From Phoronis australis (Eukaryota; Animalia; Phoronida), in NCBI GenBank assembly GCA_002633005.1, contig NMRA01000264.1, forward strand, positions 504,859-568,858: DNA of 64,000 nucleotides, read 5' to 3'. The position numbers and the translations under genes were made by a program. Positions 24,992-38,543 of the stretch are shown piece after piece (position 1 is the stretch's first letter; each line of letters begins with the position of its first letter). The notes beneath the pieces were generated by a model that made no database searches, was not told where the DNA came from, and saw only the letters and a program-made list of their open reading frames with translations.

Positions 24992-25563
24992 TATGATGGG
25001 CCGTTGGGGGGAAAGTGTCGCCGGAAAAATACGAGCGTAATTATGTACATTACGCTGTTATTTACGCCGTTAATTACGCCGTAAAAGTACGAGCGTTGTT
25101 TAGTTTAAACTCTTAGCCAATGACGTTGGGTTTTACAATCCACGGTCGCGCGTGCTCATGGAAATACTTATTTACTGACGGGTAACATGTCTATGATACG
25201 AGTGCTGAATCATGGCGGATCAAATCGCTGCTGCAATGTCAGCGATTGTGCAAGAACGAGCTGCCCAGCAACAATCGTGTATATTAGGTCAACACTGATT
25301 GGTTTAAATTTGGAACGTTCTTAAGGTATTTAATGAGCGTAACTTACGGCGACATTTCCCCCATTTAATTTACGGGCGTAATTTTACTGCAACACTTTTG
25401 CAATTTAATTTACGCACGTAATCACGAACGTAATTTTACGGTGAAACTTTCCCCCATTTAATTTACGAGCGTAATTGTACGGCGACACTCCTGCAATTTA
25501 ATTTACGCTCGTAATTACGAGCGTAATTTTACGGCGACACTTTCCCCTCAACGGCCCACCATA
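24992..25563. mobile_element. non-autonomous IS3EU-like element
   Basis: TIR TATGATGGGCCGTTGGGGGGAAAGTGTCGCCG / CGGCGACACTTTCCCCTCAACGGCCCACCATA, 6-bp TSD ATAAAA, subterminal tacgagcgtaa repeats. Confidence 0.75.
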
Positions 25564-28500
25564 ATAAAACGCTTGTTTTCGTTGATCTCGCTTTGGAATG
25601 TCAGAGAGAGCTTCACAGGTCATTTTGGAAACCGAACTTGACATCACGCATCCACGGATGTTTGTCAAGTTTATTCAGCTGTCTCCCGTCGGAGTTGCAG
25701 CACACCGATAATAAATGTACTTCGTTCACATTGGAAAGTCAACTGGAGTTATGCAGCAGCTAAAAATGTAAATAATACAATAAAAAGCAACTCGTGGAAC
25801 TCCAATGGCGCAAAAACGAAGCTGTAAAACTGCTTGTCGGATTTTATAGCATTGTGGGTAAATACAGCGAGATTCTAACCTCTCTGAGTAATCCGGGACG
25901 GCCCAATTCCTTCGCAGAATATCCCCCGTTTGAAAATGTTCAAATCGATGCTATTCGGCAGGACAAGAGAATTTTCGACTTTTGTCCGATAGGTATAATA
26001 CGCGCTTTTCTTGGTTTAAACTGTTAGCGTAGTGCCGAAGCACTGCTTCGGAAACATCCACTTTCCCGATGCCGTTTTGCACCCGAAAAGCTCGCAAAAA
26101 GTGGCGGGACTAATACTGAAAACTTGCAAAAATACCCAGTGCAACACACTGATCAGTTTAAAGTAGCAGCAAGGGTCAACCTAATGACGAGTTAGTGTCT
26201 AAAAATGAAGTCCGGTGACGTATTTGTTGGCAAGTGATCAAAATTCAGTTTTAAGGGCCCTAGAAATATTTTTAAGTTTGATAACTTTGTAACATTATTA
26301 GAAACTGTCGGCCAGGCTCACATGAAACGTTCACACGCTTGGGCTTAAGACAATGTTGGAATTGTGCCGCTTTTTATAAAATGAATCTTCAAAAACACGA
26401 AAAAACGTTTTTGAGCATTATCGTGTTATTTGTAACGTTGCTGTGTTGTTAATTTACTTTTCGTTTTTACTTTACAATTAATGGCAAATTGGTGGAAAGT
26501 CAAAATTCTTATTCCTTCTACAAGCGTTCTACTTTCAGGAAATACATACGTTTACATAGATTTAGTATATATTCTTGTCGATGTGGATAGTTGTACTGAC
26601 CTTTGACCTCAGTTCTGTATCTGCATTTGTTTCCCCAATACAGTCTTTGTTTTGCAGTTACTGGTTTTGGTTGTCTTTGCTGTTCACATCTCGTTATAAT
26701 TTCCACAGAAGATAAACAAAGACTTGTCGATTTTGTTCTACATAACCCTACCAGGTTACGTGAGGGTGTAAAAATGTGGACATTTGGCGAACTTCGGAAC
26801 ATCTAACCTCACAAAACCCGGGTTGGATTCAAGTGACACCTTCAGATAGTATGCACTGGTTATCATAACGCTGCCAAGATTTGTTTTTGAAATGTTAACT
26901 TCGGCATGAGGTCCTGTAAAAAATTGTGACTTAAAGGACGAAAGGATAATTTAGAAAACGTTTTCAAAAATTTATTTTGAATATGTATCAAAAACAATTT
27001 GGTCGTGATATTGGTAACATCGTTTTATTATGAATGTATTCTTGGTAACTTTCAATAAAAAGACACGTTTACATTATCCATTTATTGAAGACTGTCATAA
27101 ATGACGACTCATTTTATCTACTTTCTGCTATTCTGAAAAACTATATCTTTATTTGGTAAAATTGTAAAATTTTTAGTCATTTTATGAAATTCAGTCTAGT
27201 CCACGGGGTCCCACATTTTCCGTGTACTAAAATTGAGAAAGTGACGACTTTTTCCTTATTTTTCATACATGCGCTCTTTGCCGGACATGTAACAAGACTC
27301 CTGAGAGTTCACTCGGGATTTTTCGAATCTTGATATCGTGACGGCTTTCATGGAAATCTCAGGTTAGCGGAAAGTAAGTGGTTTAACACAGCTTCTTAGT
27401 GCAGTAAGACCGATGAACTGGAGGGGCATCCTTCAAAATGTTTCCTAGATGGCTTGGGGTGATAAATGTTGTGACAAATGGGTCGACTCCCTTCAAAAGC
27501 CAGACTTGACAACATCATAACTATAACAGTATCTGGAGAAATCACCATTGTGTCACTACAATCGGACAAAGTGCGATATGAAACCATATTTCATGAGCCA
27601 AAAGAACTATATTGACACAAATAAACAACAAAAAATCATTTACATGTAGGGTTATAATTACATGAAAAGCGACAACACTTATAACCACAGACAAAACACT
27701 CATTTTACTAAACACAAAAACAAATAAAAGTCACACACTGGACCTACAAAATCTGACAATAGTTTTTTATGTATCTTCACATAAAATAATCCGGTAACGG
27801 TTATTAATCTTTACATACAATAATCCGACAGTAATCGTTTACGGGTCTTTTTATAAGATAAGGTACAATCTTTTGAAATATATCAACTGGTAACTGTCCC
27901 GACGGGGCAGTGTAAAGACAACCGAATTCCAATGACAAGCATGTACCAGGAGCACCAAGGGTTCTGGCCTTGTTCTACTGGTAACTGTCCCGATGGGGCA
28001 GTATAAAGACAAGCAAGGACTAGCATGGAATCTGTTGCCATTAAGTCGGCTTCTTGTGAGTCAAACAGTCCCGACGAAGCGGTATAAAGACAACCTGGAA
28101 CAACATGTAAGCTGTTGCCATTCAGCCAATTTCATACCCTAGAAGTCAATGACGCTGTTGCCAACGAGCCAGCGTCTCATCTCCACAAGAAGAAGAAGAC
28201 TGGAATACCACCACCTTCCAACCAGGTCTTGTCGCTCGATCCGCGTCCACACCAACCACAGCAAGGACAGATCTTGCGAAGCTGTCCGAGTGCTTCGCCC
28301 TCATCTACTGTGCAACGCTGTTATTGAAATATATGCATATGGCCATAGGCCCAAAGTACAACATATAATATACCAGGCAGTACATTGCCAGGTGCCTTAC
28401 TAACCAGATAGAGTTATGTAATTCGGTATGTGTAGAGGAAGCTGTACGTGTTAGTTTGCAGTGCGTACCAAGACCTTTGGGTTCACTACTTAAGTGATCG

Positions 28501-28871
28501 TTTTTGTTATTCTCTCGCATCTAAAATTAAATCTCTCACTAGACCTCCGGATGCCCTGCCTCTAAAATTCGCCCACCATGCTCTCTAGCGTCGAAATTTA
28601 TATAAAATGATTCGGTTATAATAATTCATGGATCTTTACTTAAAATAATCCGGTTATTATCTTTTATGGGGCTTTACAAACAGTAATCCGATCATAACCT
28701 TTCATTCATTTTTACGTGTCATAATTCGGTTAAAATCGTTTGTGGGTCTTAACAAACAATAATCCTGTTACAATATTGCATGGGTCTTTACAGCTAATAT
28801 TCCGGTAACAATCTTTTATGGGTCAAGAGTCAGGCTACGTCTTTCATGGATCTTTATGTATAACAATCCGG

Positions 28872-28936
<65 letters not shown>

Positions 28937-29010
28937 TATATAGATATATACATACATATATACATATATATATATACATACATATATACATATATATATT
29001 ATTGATATAT
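28872..29010. repeat. (TA)n microsatellite
   Basis: seen directly. Confidence 0.95.
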
Positions 29011-29039
29011 AATAATATGTAATAATCTGATTATAATCT

Positions 29040-29911
29040 TTTCTCGCGATCTGTAATGTGTTACGACACTACTGGTTACTAACACTGAGTAGGTTATTTT
29101 TCAAAATAAAACTATTAACAAAAAGTTACTGAGATTACAATGCGCAAGCGTGTTTTTAGAAAAATTGCGTCATGTGGTTGAAAGTTTTAGACACGTCGAG
29201 TTTTTCGGAAAAAGATTGTTTTACGGTTCATGTAAGCCTCGGGATTTTGATAAAATTTCTAAGAAGATTTACCCATGTCATAAACCTGAGACGAGTGTAG
29301 GATTTGTTTTCTTACATGAACCATAAAAATGATATTTTTGCTAAAAAAACTCGACGTGTCTAAAACTTTCAACCACATGAGGCAATTTTTGTAAAAATGC
29401 GCTGGCGCAATGTAAAATAAGCTCATGGGTTTTTGTTAATAGTTTTGTTTCAAACCTAACAATTGCAATTTGCATTCAGCTTTAGAATCTAATTGTCTTT
29501 GAAGTTGTAATATTAAAACTTAACAAATGTTTATAAATAACAGTCAGCAGGGCTTTCCCACGCGTGAACACTGAAATGATCCAGAGACAGCACCACGTTC
29601 GTCTCTGTTTGAATGAACGCGGATTTGGAATTCACCGCCAAAGATGGGTCCGTTTAAGAAGTTGCTTGCATGTCCTTCTGACTGAGAGTACGTACAGTTG
29701 CAACACATGATTTGCCACCTTGTCACCTTCACGGAATTCCGGCATTGTTTGTTTAGCGCCGGTTTGGTTGTTACTATTAGTGTTTTGCAGACGATAAGGG
29801 GTATGGATTTCTACTTTGCAGTGCTTTGTGATTTGCCCATGTAATATAAAAATACGCATTCGGTGTTATTAACTCGTCGTGTCGTAACACATTCCAGGTC
29901 ATGCGAGAAAT
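29040..29911. mobile_element. non-autonomous element with terminal inverted repeats and an internal 360-bp foldback; second copy at 62.4-63.06 kb
   Basis: tttctcgc..aatgtgttacgacac is inverted at both ends; hairpin 29095-29457; 29590-29911 is homologous to 62530-63063. Confidence 0.65.
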
Positions 29912-29917
29912 AATATT

Positions 29918-30139
29918 TTATGGATCGTTTCTTGAAATATTCGGGTTATCAAATTCCGCGTCGGTTGTTATTAGCTTGTCTTTCTCCGCCTTCCACTCCA
30001 CAAACTGACAAAAACAACGTTTTCGGTCATCTGTCAGGTGACGAATGTCGTCCTTTCTGACCTTGTGCACGTTTGTAGCATATCGGTCCGTGAGAATTTC
30101 CACGTAATCCTGTATAAATTCTTTGATAAGATCCACTTC
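29918..30139 (-). CDS. terminal exon of the TIR gene
   Basis: ttttcttcAG acceptor, EVDLIKEFIQDYVEILTDRY..RHLTDDRKRCFCQFVEWK..P*. Confidence 0.65.
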   Translation of the reverse strand, partial: EVDLIKEFIQDYVEILTDRYATNVHKVRKDDIRHLTDDRKRCFCQFVEWKAEKDKLITTDAEFDNPNISRNDP

Positions 30140-33100
30140 CTGAAGAAAATATGGACTGCGTGTTTAGGTCACGTTCTAAAACTACGAGTTTTGTACACAA
30201 GAAGTATCAGTTTAAATGTTTGCCTGGGGACTCTTTCTGATGCGTTCATTTTTGTGAAGTGCTTTTGCGTAAAAAGCTCTCAGGGGCCTCTTTCTTAAAA
30301 ATGGCGGTCTCGTTCGGAATCTTGGACTGTGTATCACTGACCACAAAGCGCTGGTTGGACTTGAAATACTAGTAGTCTTGACGGAAAATGCCCCATGCAA
30401 CACCAGGACACAAACATTGAAACAGCATTAGTGATGAAAAATGAAAAATGGAGCCGTAAAATACCCTTGGAATGTCTTTTATTTCACTTAGTGATACCAG
30501 TACAAAATTTTTGTTATTTTCCAGTTTCTCAGTATATCCTACAAATGAACACAGTAGGTTAATACTCCATGTCTACATTTGGAGGAGCAATCATTGTGAT
30601 AGAACCGTTCTTTAAGTAATTACTTGCATTTTTTGTGTGCTAGACTACAGAGCAGGTTAAGCTTTTCATTGAGGGATCGCTGCAAGTGTACATAAACCAG
30701 CACAAACACTGGCATTCAATTGTTTTAATTTTTCATCACCATTTCAATGAGCCAAAGCAGATGTCCACTACATAATTAAGGCAAACAATAAAAGATTACA
30801 GATGTTTGATCGTTTTGGCTCTATTTAGTTCACCGTTTCACGTCGTTTTCTTCGCGAAAGTTTCATTATACAATTGGTTATTTTTTCTCTTCGTCGGGTT
30901 CAAAGGGCACTTTGGCATTGCCAATGGTTACTTCTTCAGTTTTAAGTTATGGAATCTACACACAAATCTTGTTCGAAGTGCAGTAATTACATGAACACAC
31001 ACTGTTGAACATCGCAAACGTCCAAAGATGGTCATTTCAAATTCCCTTTTGATCGTTCAAAATGCACGGTCCATCGATTTCACATTCTTGTTAACTTTTG
31101 ATCACAAGCTGCTTTCCACTGAAAACACCACTTTGCATAGAAGTACTGAAAACTGTTCAATTTTTAAGAAAGCTAGTATTTCTGGTTTTTTTCAGAAAAA
31201 AGTTTTCTATTGATTATTACTATACAAAACTATGTAAAGACTGACAAAAGCAGTAAACCAACATATTTTTCCAAATAACACGATTGAAATAGATATTCCA
31301 GCAAGAACTCTTTGTTTTTAACTCAGGTTGACACCACGATTTTTTGCACAATTGGCAATAATGAAATGACAGGCCAAGTTGGCACGGAGTAAGGAACCCT
31401 CGGCCTAATTTATCATTTAGACTTCATGGATCAAAGCGAATGTTTGTTCCAAAGATACGTAAGATCGTTTTCAGTAATATTTCTGACTGTCCAATTTATA
31501 TAGATACCTGTTTCTTGCAAGGTGGACACCAAAAGCTTCCCCTTTTCTTCAGTCTACTACGTGCAAGTCTTAACTACAAACATGACGTGGAGTATTAATA
31601 AACAAAAATGAACAAAATCAAGAAAAAGAGGACAAAATGTATGAACTACTGATGCCTTTTTCGCGTCTTAACCAACAGATAAAGTAGACGTATGAATCGC
31701 CACTAGCCCAGCTGAGAATAATCACATTGGTGGTTTGGACTTAAGTTTTAGATGGATTATGCACACCGTTGCACAAACGGTGAAATCGACCCAAGTTGTC
31801 ATATTAAAATATACTGAGATGATAAATGCTTAATAAGATATCTAAACAGAACAAAGTCTTTTGCTCAAAAACCTGCCTAAAATGAAAGAAACTTAAGAAA
31901 TCGAAGTGTAAGGGCTCGGTCGATACGCGGAATCATGTATCGTGGGATATTGCTTCATGTGCGCCACTCTCGGTACGTTTTGTGCATGAATATACGCTCT
32001 TTCATATATTTCTCTTTGTTTGGTATTGTATACTTGTATCTGGTTAAATAAACCCCCCCTCTCTAACAGGCCAAAATAAACCACATAGGAATAAAATGCA
32101 TAAAACATGAAGATGAAAATTGATCCTTCTTAACAGAGCACTCTTCGTCTGCTTTGTAAAGTACATTTCAATCGATAAAGGCACGTAACTGTACAACAAC
32201 TTTAATTTATACTGAGTATCTATCCCTGCCTAAAACCTGATTTTGACTGCAGTGACGATAATGATCGACACATTGCATACTTACTTTACACTTGCTTAAA
32301 TCGTAGTACACCATATGAATCTTTATCATGGTTAAAGAACATTTCAGCTTAAGACGTAAACAGATTCTGAGCAGAAATCCTACACTAGTACGGCATAACA
32401 TTGGATTTACATGAATTTGTCGTATAAAGTGTTTTAATGTTTAGTATCAATATCTGATACATGTCCATTTAGAAACTGCCGGGTGACATAATGTCACTAT
32501 TGAGCAGTTTTTCCCAGGGGACTTAAGGTTATCTCAAACCTTATTAACTCGTATATCAAAAACTAAGTATTGCCAACTAGTAAAAGTATATATTTTCTGA
32601 AAGGACAAAGATTAGGAAATATAAAAAATATGTTTTGTATTTATGTAACCATTGTTAATATTACTATTACGTTAACACATTTTAAGTCAAAATTTCATTT
32701 TTGAGAAAGGTTCATTCATAGCAAAATAACCCTCGGTAGAGTTTAATGAAACCTTTTTAAGTGAAAACTTCACCAGTTACCTCAAAAACGCTGTTAGGAT
32801 TATTTTATAATTTTTTCGTTTGGTTTCTATGGCAAATCAACTCGTAAAACGAATGGTATTTTTTGTAAAAAATAGAAGCCGTATTGGTCTTTGTTACATT
32901 AAGCAAAAATTAGGCGTTTATATCGAAAATCCTATCAACATTTTTGAGATTGATATATAAATACTGAGTTTGGAAAGTTTCAGCGAAATCCACCGGGCCG
33001 TTTTCGAGAACTCGTGTTCCTAAGTTCGAATAAAGTCGATTTGACGAAGCCGAGAAAAACCGATTAAACTGGGACAAGTGAAAATCTCAGTCTTTGGTTA

Positions 33101-36100
33101 ATTATTCGGTGAAAACTTGTTTTCGGTAAATTTAACCCATACACGCCCCAGCCATGTTAGCTATTTCAACATTCACTCGCATTGTCAACTGAATTTGCAG
33201 TGCGTAATTATCATGGGCGCACCCAGCCTAATGCATAAGGGGCTCGAATTTTTCGGTGTGCGGACCTTTTAGTGAAAGAAATCAACAAGGACTATAAAAA
33301 GGGGACCACTAGGTTCAGGCCCATGAATTGTGCATCTGCGCCGACTTCCCGTGGGATTTCGTAGACTTTTGTCTCGTTTACTCGGACTTTTTGTTTCACT
33401 GAGGCGGCTGAGGCAGACCGTTTTGCCCAATTCGCCAAACTGGGGAGCTCTTTCGAGCCCCGCGAGCTCCCCCAAGTAATTAAGTTAACTATCATTAAAA
33501 CGTACCATACCCAACCACGGTGTGGGATCAACTATTGTTGTTTTTGTGCAGAAGGAAAACGTTTCTGTCATCTGATACCAAAATGATGTCTTTCGGTTGC
33601 TCTCTTGCAATCGTAACATTTGCTGCACCATTATAACGTTTGCCTCTTCTTGTGTCACGTCCATATCGTGTTTGTGGATGATGACTTCATCATTGCTGAT
33701 CCCCTATAAGAGTTTTGTCTTGGACTGTGATTACGAGTTTGTACTTCTGAAGATGATCTCGATGGAACGATGAACATTCTACCAATTCCGTACATGAGCT
33801 GTCTTTTGCTCCCTGTGACGGTCAAAATTACATTCCGCGCAGAAAGATGTCACCTCTGACAAAGGTGGCCACTGTCCGGCCAACAGGCCAGTGCACGACT
33901 CAAAGTAGAGTTGATCCATCGATGATGGTAATGTTTGGCTGTGCTGCAGTTCTGGAAGAAATTTCAAGTTGTAGTTTTCAACACGGATTTCGCTGCTTCC
34001 GTGAACATCGAGGTTGGAATAGGTTCCAACTCATGTGACATGACGTCATTGATATGTCAACTGCACGTGAACTTGCTTCAAGATCTATCACTCCCAGGCA
34101 GATTAGGTTGCTGTCAAAGATTTTTGTTCCACCAACCTTCACACTCTTCCTTTTTACCGCCATGGTTGTGATTCTTTTGTTGACGATGACATGGATATTT
34201 GCCGGCCATGTACCTTCAAACTCAGGCATTCCTTCTCTTCCCAATGCCAATGCCTCGTGAACGTTGGCTGAAGATGGACTAACCTTGCCACCGAGAATGT
34301 CGACTATACCATGTGGATAGTTCGAAGGATCAAACGGATGTTCAGTTTGTGCCTCATGGCTTTCCCGTCTTGCTTGTCAATGGAGATCCGGGCATGAGCA
34401 TCTTCCTTGTGGGCGTTCGGCAGGCAGTCTACGAATTGCTACAGATGTGTAAACTTAATGCCCATGTTTTAAGTGTTTCAGGCTTGGGGATGATGCTGAT
34501 TAAACCACCCTTTCTGCGACCGTACCTCATGAAGGTGGTTTCCATAAACAAGATACTCGTAAACAACCTGCATTTTTGTCATACACGGGTGATTTTAATT
34601 TTCGAAAGGAATCAATGAAACCGATTGAATTAGTTTTATTAGACATTTTTGTTTATCAGCATAGTATCGAACTTTTCTGGGATCTATCTGCAGATGCACC
34701 ATTGGAGACGATAAGAATCAGAGTAAAATGAGATCGCTGGCAAGGATGACAGTAAAGAGCAATGTCACAGACACAAACACACGTTCTTCAACTTACAGCT
34801 CCCAAAAGGTTTAGGGCATAAAAAGGATACAGCTGGATTTTCTTTGTCGAGGAAGTCGAAATTAACAAGGATATGGTTGCCTTCACTTTTTCTGGAATTG
34901 TTCACATTCAGTTTTTTAGCAGTTTCTTTCATATTTTTAATTACCTGAAAATACCGATTACTTAATGAACAACAGGTTGATATGGTACTGTACAAGTGCA
35001 GTTTTTCTAAATAGGCCTTCGGCCCACATTACAAATATACAATAAACAGAGAGTACAGGATGTCTCAGTAAACCAATACTAATTTACATCAAAAACTCTA
35101 GTCGACGGTTCTCAGCATTAACTAAATACATAGCAATTTTTCTCAAGTTATTTAAGACATGGTCTGTTGAAGATCCCTAAATAATGCTTCAACCACCCTG
35201 TCGAATCTAGGTAAAAACTATACGCGCAAATCAAAAGAATAATTTTCATTCCAGAATAAAGTGTGTTTCTTATCCCACCTGTCCATTATTGCAGCAGGAC
35301 CATGTTCTCTCCTCTTGACAAAACCACGGTCTGCCATAACCGAGTCTTCCTTCTGCAGAAGGTCAACTAAACCACTTGATTCAGTGACAACTTTGTCAGT
35401 TGTTAGACTAGGTGCCAAGTCAGTGACAAATGTTACATGAAACCATTGGATACAATACAAACGAGTCCCTTGGCAATACTGGCTCGCTTTAGAGGTCTTC
35501 GGCGAGGCGTTGAGGCAGACTGGGAGTGTTTTAATGGGAAAATTGTTAGGCAGTTCCCCATATAAGTCTCCTCCCCCCTTTAAAATGTTCACTGCAAACG
35601 CGATGACCCGTAGGGGGCACGAACTCGCTGAATTTTCCCTTACTTGCTTGTCTTCCTATCCCTTTTATCCACTGTTTCCGGAAGTTCAACAACCTTAGGA
35701 AACGCGTAAAAGGACAGGTCAGTATATTTTTGTTGTTACGAGAAAACCCAGGAATACAGCAAGTGAAACCTACCATGCCAGGCATGTCTTTTCCCTGTTC
35801 GCGTAGAGCACTTTCCTGTGTTTATTGTTTATCCGCTCCCTGGTTACTCAATTTCCCAAGATGGAACGCGCGGCGGTAAATTCAATATGGCGGATATGCA
35901 CATCGGCTATTTACATAAATCAAACTTCCGTCTCTGTGACGTAACTGTGGTTTTGATTTACCAAACCACATTTTAGTCATGCTCAGTGACACTTTTCCTG
36001 CACGAACAATGTGTCAACCTTGATGTAATTGGTTTCTAAACTGAATTTCATGTGAACATCAGCAATTTAATGTTGCAATATTCTGGTTCTGTAGGTGTAA

Positions 36101-38501
36101 CACATGAATTTGACGTATCCCAGTCTAGTTGGTGAATTGCTATTGGTACTCAATCAGCGCAACAGATGATGAAATACAAGTAAGATACGTGACCATGTAA
36201 AGCATATCAACCTTAATTTTCTGTGACACGACTTCGAGTCTAATGATGCGTATAAACTGCATCGAACGTAGCCTAAGTATGCACACTGACACTCGACATT
36301 ACTATTTTTACAGTAAAATACCGTTTTAAGGTCATGGCATTTAGGCCAAATAAAACATTCTTTGGGAGCACTTCAAAATGCAACAACTTCGTATATGGCC
36401 TTACATAACGGAGTTTACAGTAGATATAAATTATACCAGGAAGGGATTACCAGGATGGTAATGACTTCCTGATTATACCTGCCGGCAGAGGACGCGCTAC
36501 GTGGGTGTCTCGCTGGCAAGTTGAGGCAGTTAGATAACTTACCCGTTTTTTGAAGCGCGATCGGAAAGCGCGTAAGGCGTACTGTGCTAGTGTAAACACT
36601 ACCAATGCGATAAGGATATTCCTAATGAAATCCGACTCAATACGAAACCTCTCCTGTACAGCATTTCTGGAGGATACGCCCACCCCAGACAGCAGAGATG
36701 TTAATTGTTGTTGATAGTTGTCAAACATGAAGTAATACTGAAATAGACAGAAATGTGTGAATGTAAAGCCTCAGCCATTTTCTCAGAAAGTATTTTTTAT
36801 ATAATTATTTTTCTCAACAGAACATCATAATTGCTGATATTTTAACACTTCAGCATTACTTGATATAAGGTGAACAATAAGTTATTGCAATTCTTAATTT
36901 TGAACAAATAAACTGCATTTAGTGAGTAAGTCAAAATGTTTTGGAAATTTTAATTATGTTTTCTTCATAAATTTTGCGACCTGCGAACAATAGTGACTCC
37001 TTTTGAGGAATACCATTAAGTTAACACTGAACCTGATAATAGCAATGAACCATTTGCCATAAAGGAAACAAGGAAATGAGTGGTCTTGATGTAGGTTTTA
37101 GATAATGACATAAACGAACAGTTGCACAACTATTGCCGTCAATCAATTTATAATTTAAGTAATTCAATAGAACTGTGAGTGTCAAGTCATTTGTATTGAA
37201 TATTTCCTGAGGTAAATCAACTCAACAAAAACGATCGAAATGCAAATTAAAGTCAAAAAGCAATTTTAATTTCCTTCATTAGTGCTCCGTGAAATCAACC
37301 AATCGCATAACTCAAATTCAAAGGTAGAAGGGTGGTAAAGTAGGTCCGTTAGCAGAGGTTAAGATTTTTTGATGCGTCACATTTGGTGCAACTATAAACA
37401 GATAAACTTTGCCTCGGCTCATAATCTCCACCCTTCTTGCGAGCTACTCTACGAAGATGGTAAGCTTGGAAGGGTCGACAGACCGAAGGATCGTAGTTCA
37501 GAATCATAAATCTGTGCTCGAAGACTCGATAGTCCGAAGAGTCCATGGTTATTTTCAAAGACATTGACCTTGCACAAACATTGGGCCATGCACACGTCGA
37601 CTACATTTTCTTACTTGGTGCCATTTGATTGTAGTATGCAGCGACATGGGAGTTGGGACGTGAGGCCCAATAATGCCTAATGTCTGTAGTGCATTTACAC
37701 TCTTTGGACTACAGGCTCTTCGCCCGAAATCAATTTTCGTCGTAGGGGTGAAATGCCAATCAAACGAAAATGTGCGAAAGCAAAAATAAAAATACGAACC
37801 ACTAAAGGAAATACTCCTCCGTAGATAGCTGCAAGTAAACTGTAGAAAAATACTTTTTCGGTTTTAGCCCATCGAATATACACACGTCTTCTCACGTTTG
37901 CTTCCCGTCTCAACTCTTCGAAAACTTCTCTCGGTTCCTAAACGTGTAATATCTGATCTGTAAGTCTATAGTCACTGAAGTAATGACAAATTGAAAAGGC
38001 TGTGCTGCACTTATATACATTTCCCACTACTCAAGGCTCATTGGCAAAACATCACACGCACACACATACCCGCGCGCGCACACATACCTACACAAACACA
38101 AACGCACGCACGTACACGCACATACACGCACAGGGCGCACACACACACGCGCACACACCCACATACATAAAATCTGTGCAAAATAGATCTTTCATTGATT
38201 TAGTCAGATGAAGCTTATAAAATTGCTACAACCCAGAAAACTAAATACGGCGATTATACAAAATTCAGAACCAAATACTCATGAGGCGTTTGTAAAATCA
38301 ATAACTTCATTTGGTTAACCCCTTATACCAGTACATACAACAGACGTGTGATTGAACATTTGAATGGTGTCGAAGGATTTGAGGGGGATTTGTAATTCTA
38401 CATTGATTTTTTTGTTATTCTATATTTATATATTTGTAATTCTATATTTATGCATTTGTAATTCTCTCTCTCTCTCTCTCTCTCTCTCTTTATATATATA
38501 C

Positions 38502-38543
<42 letters not shown>

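Noticed and set aside
29918-30139. STING C-terminal similarity (LIKEFIQDYVEILTD)
   Set aside because: Only a short helical resemblance; no STING dimerisation or ligand-binding motifs seen in upstream exons.
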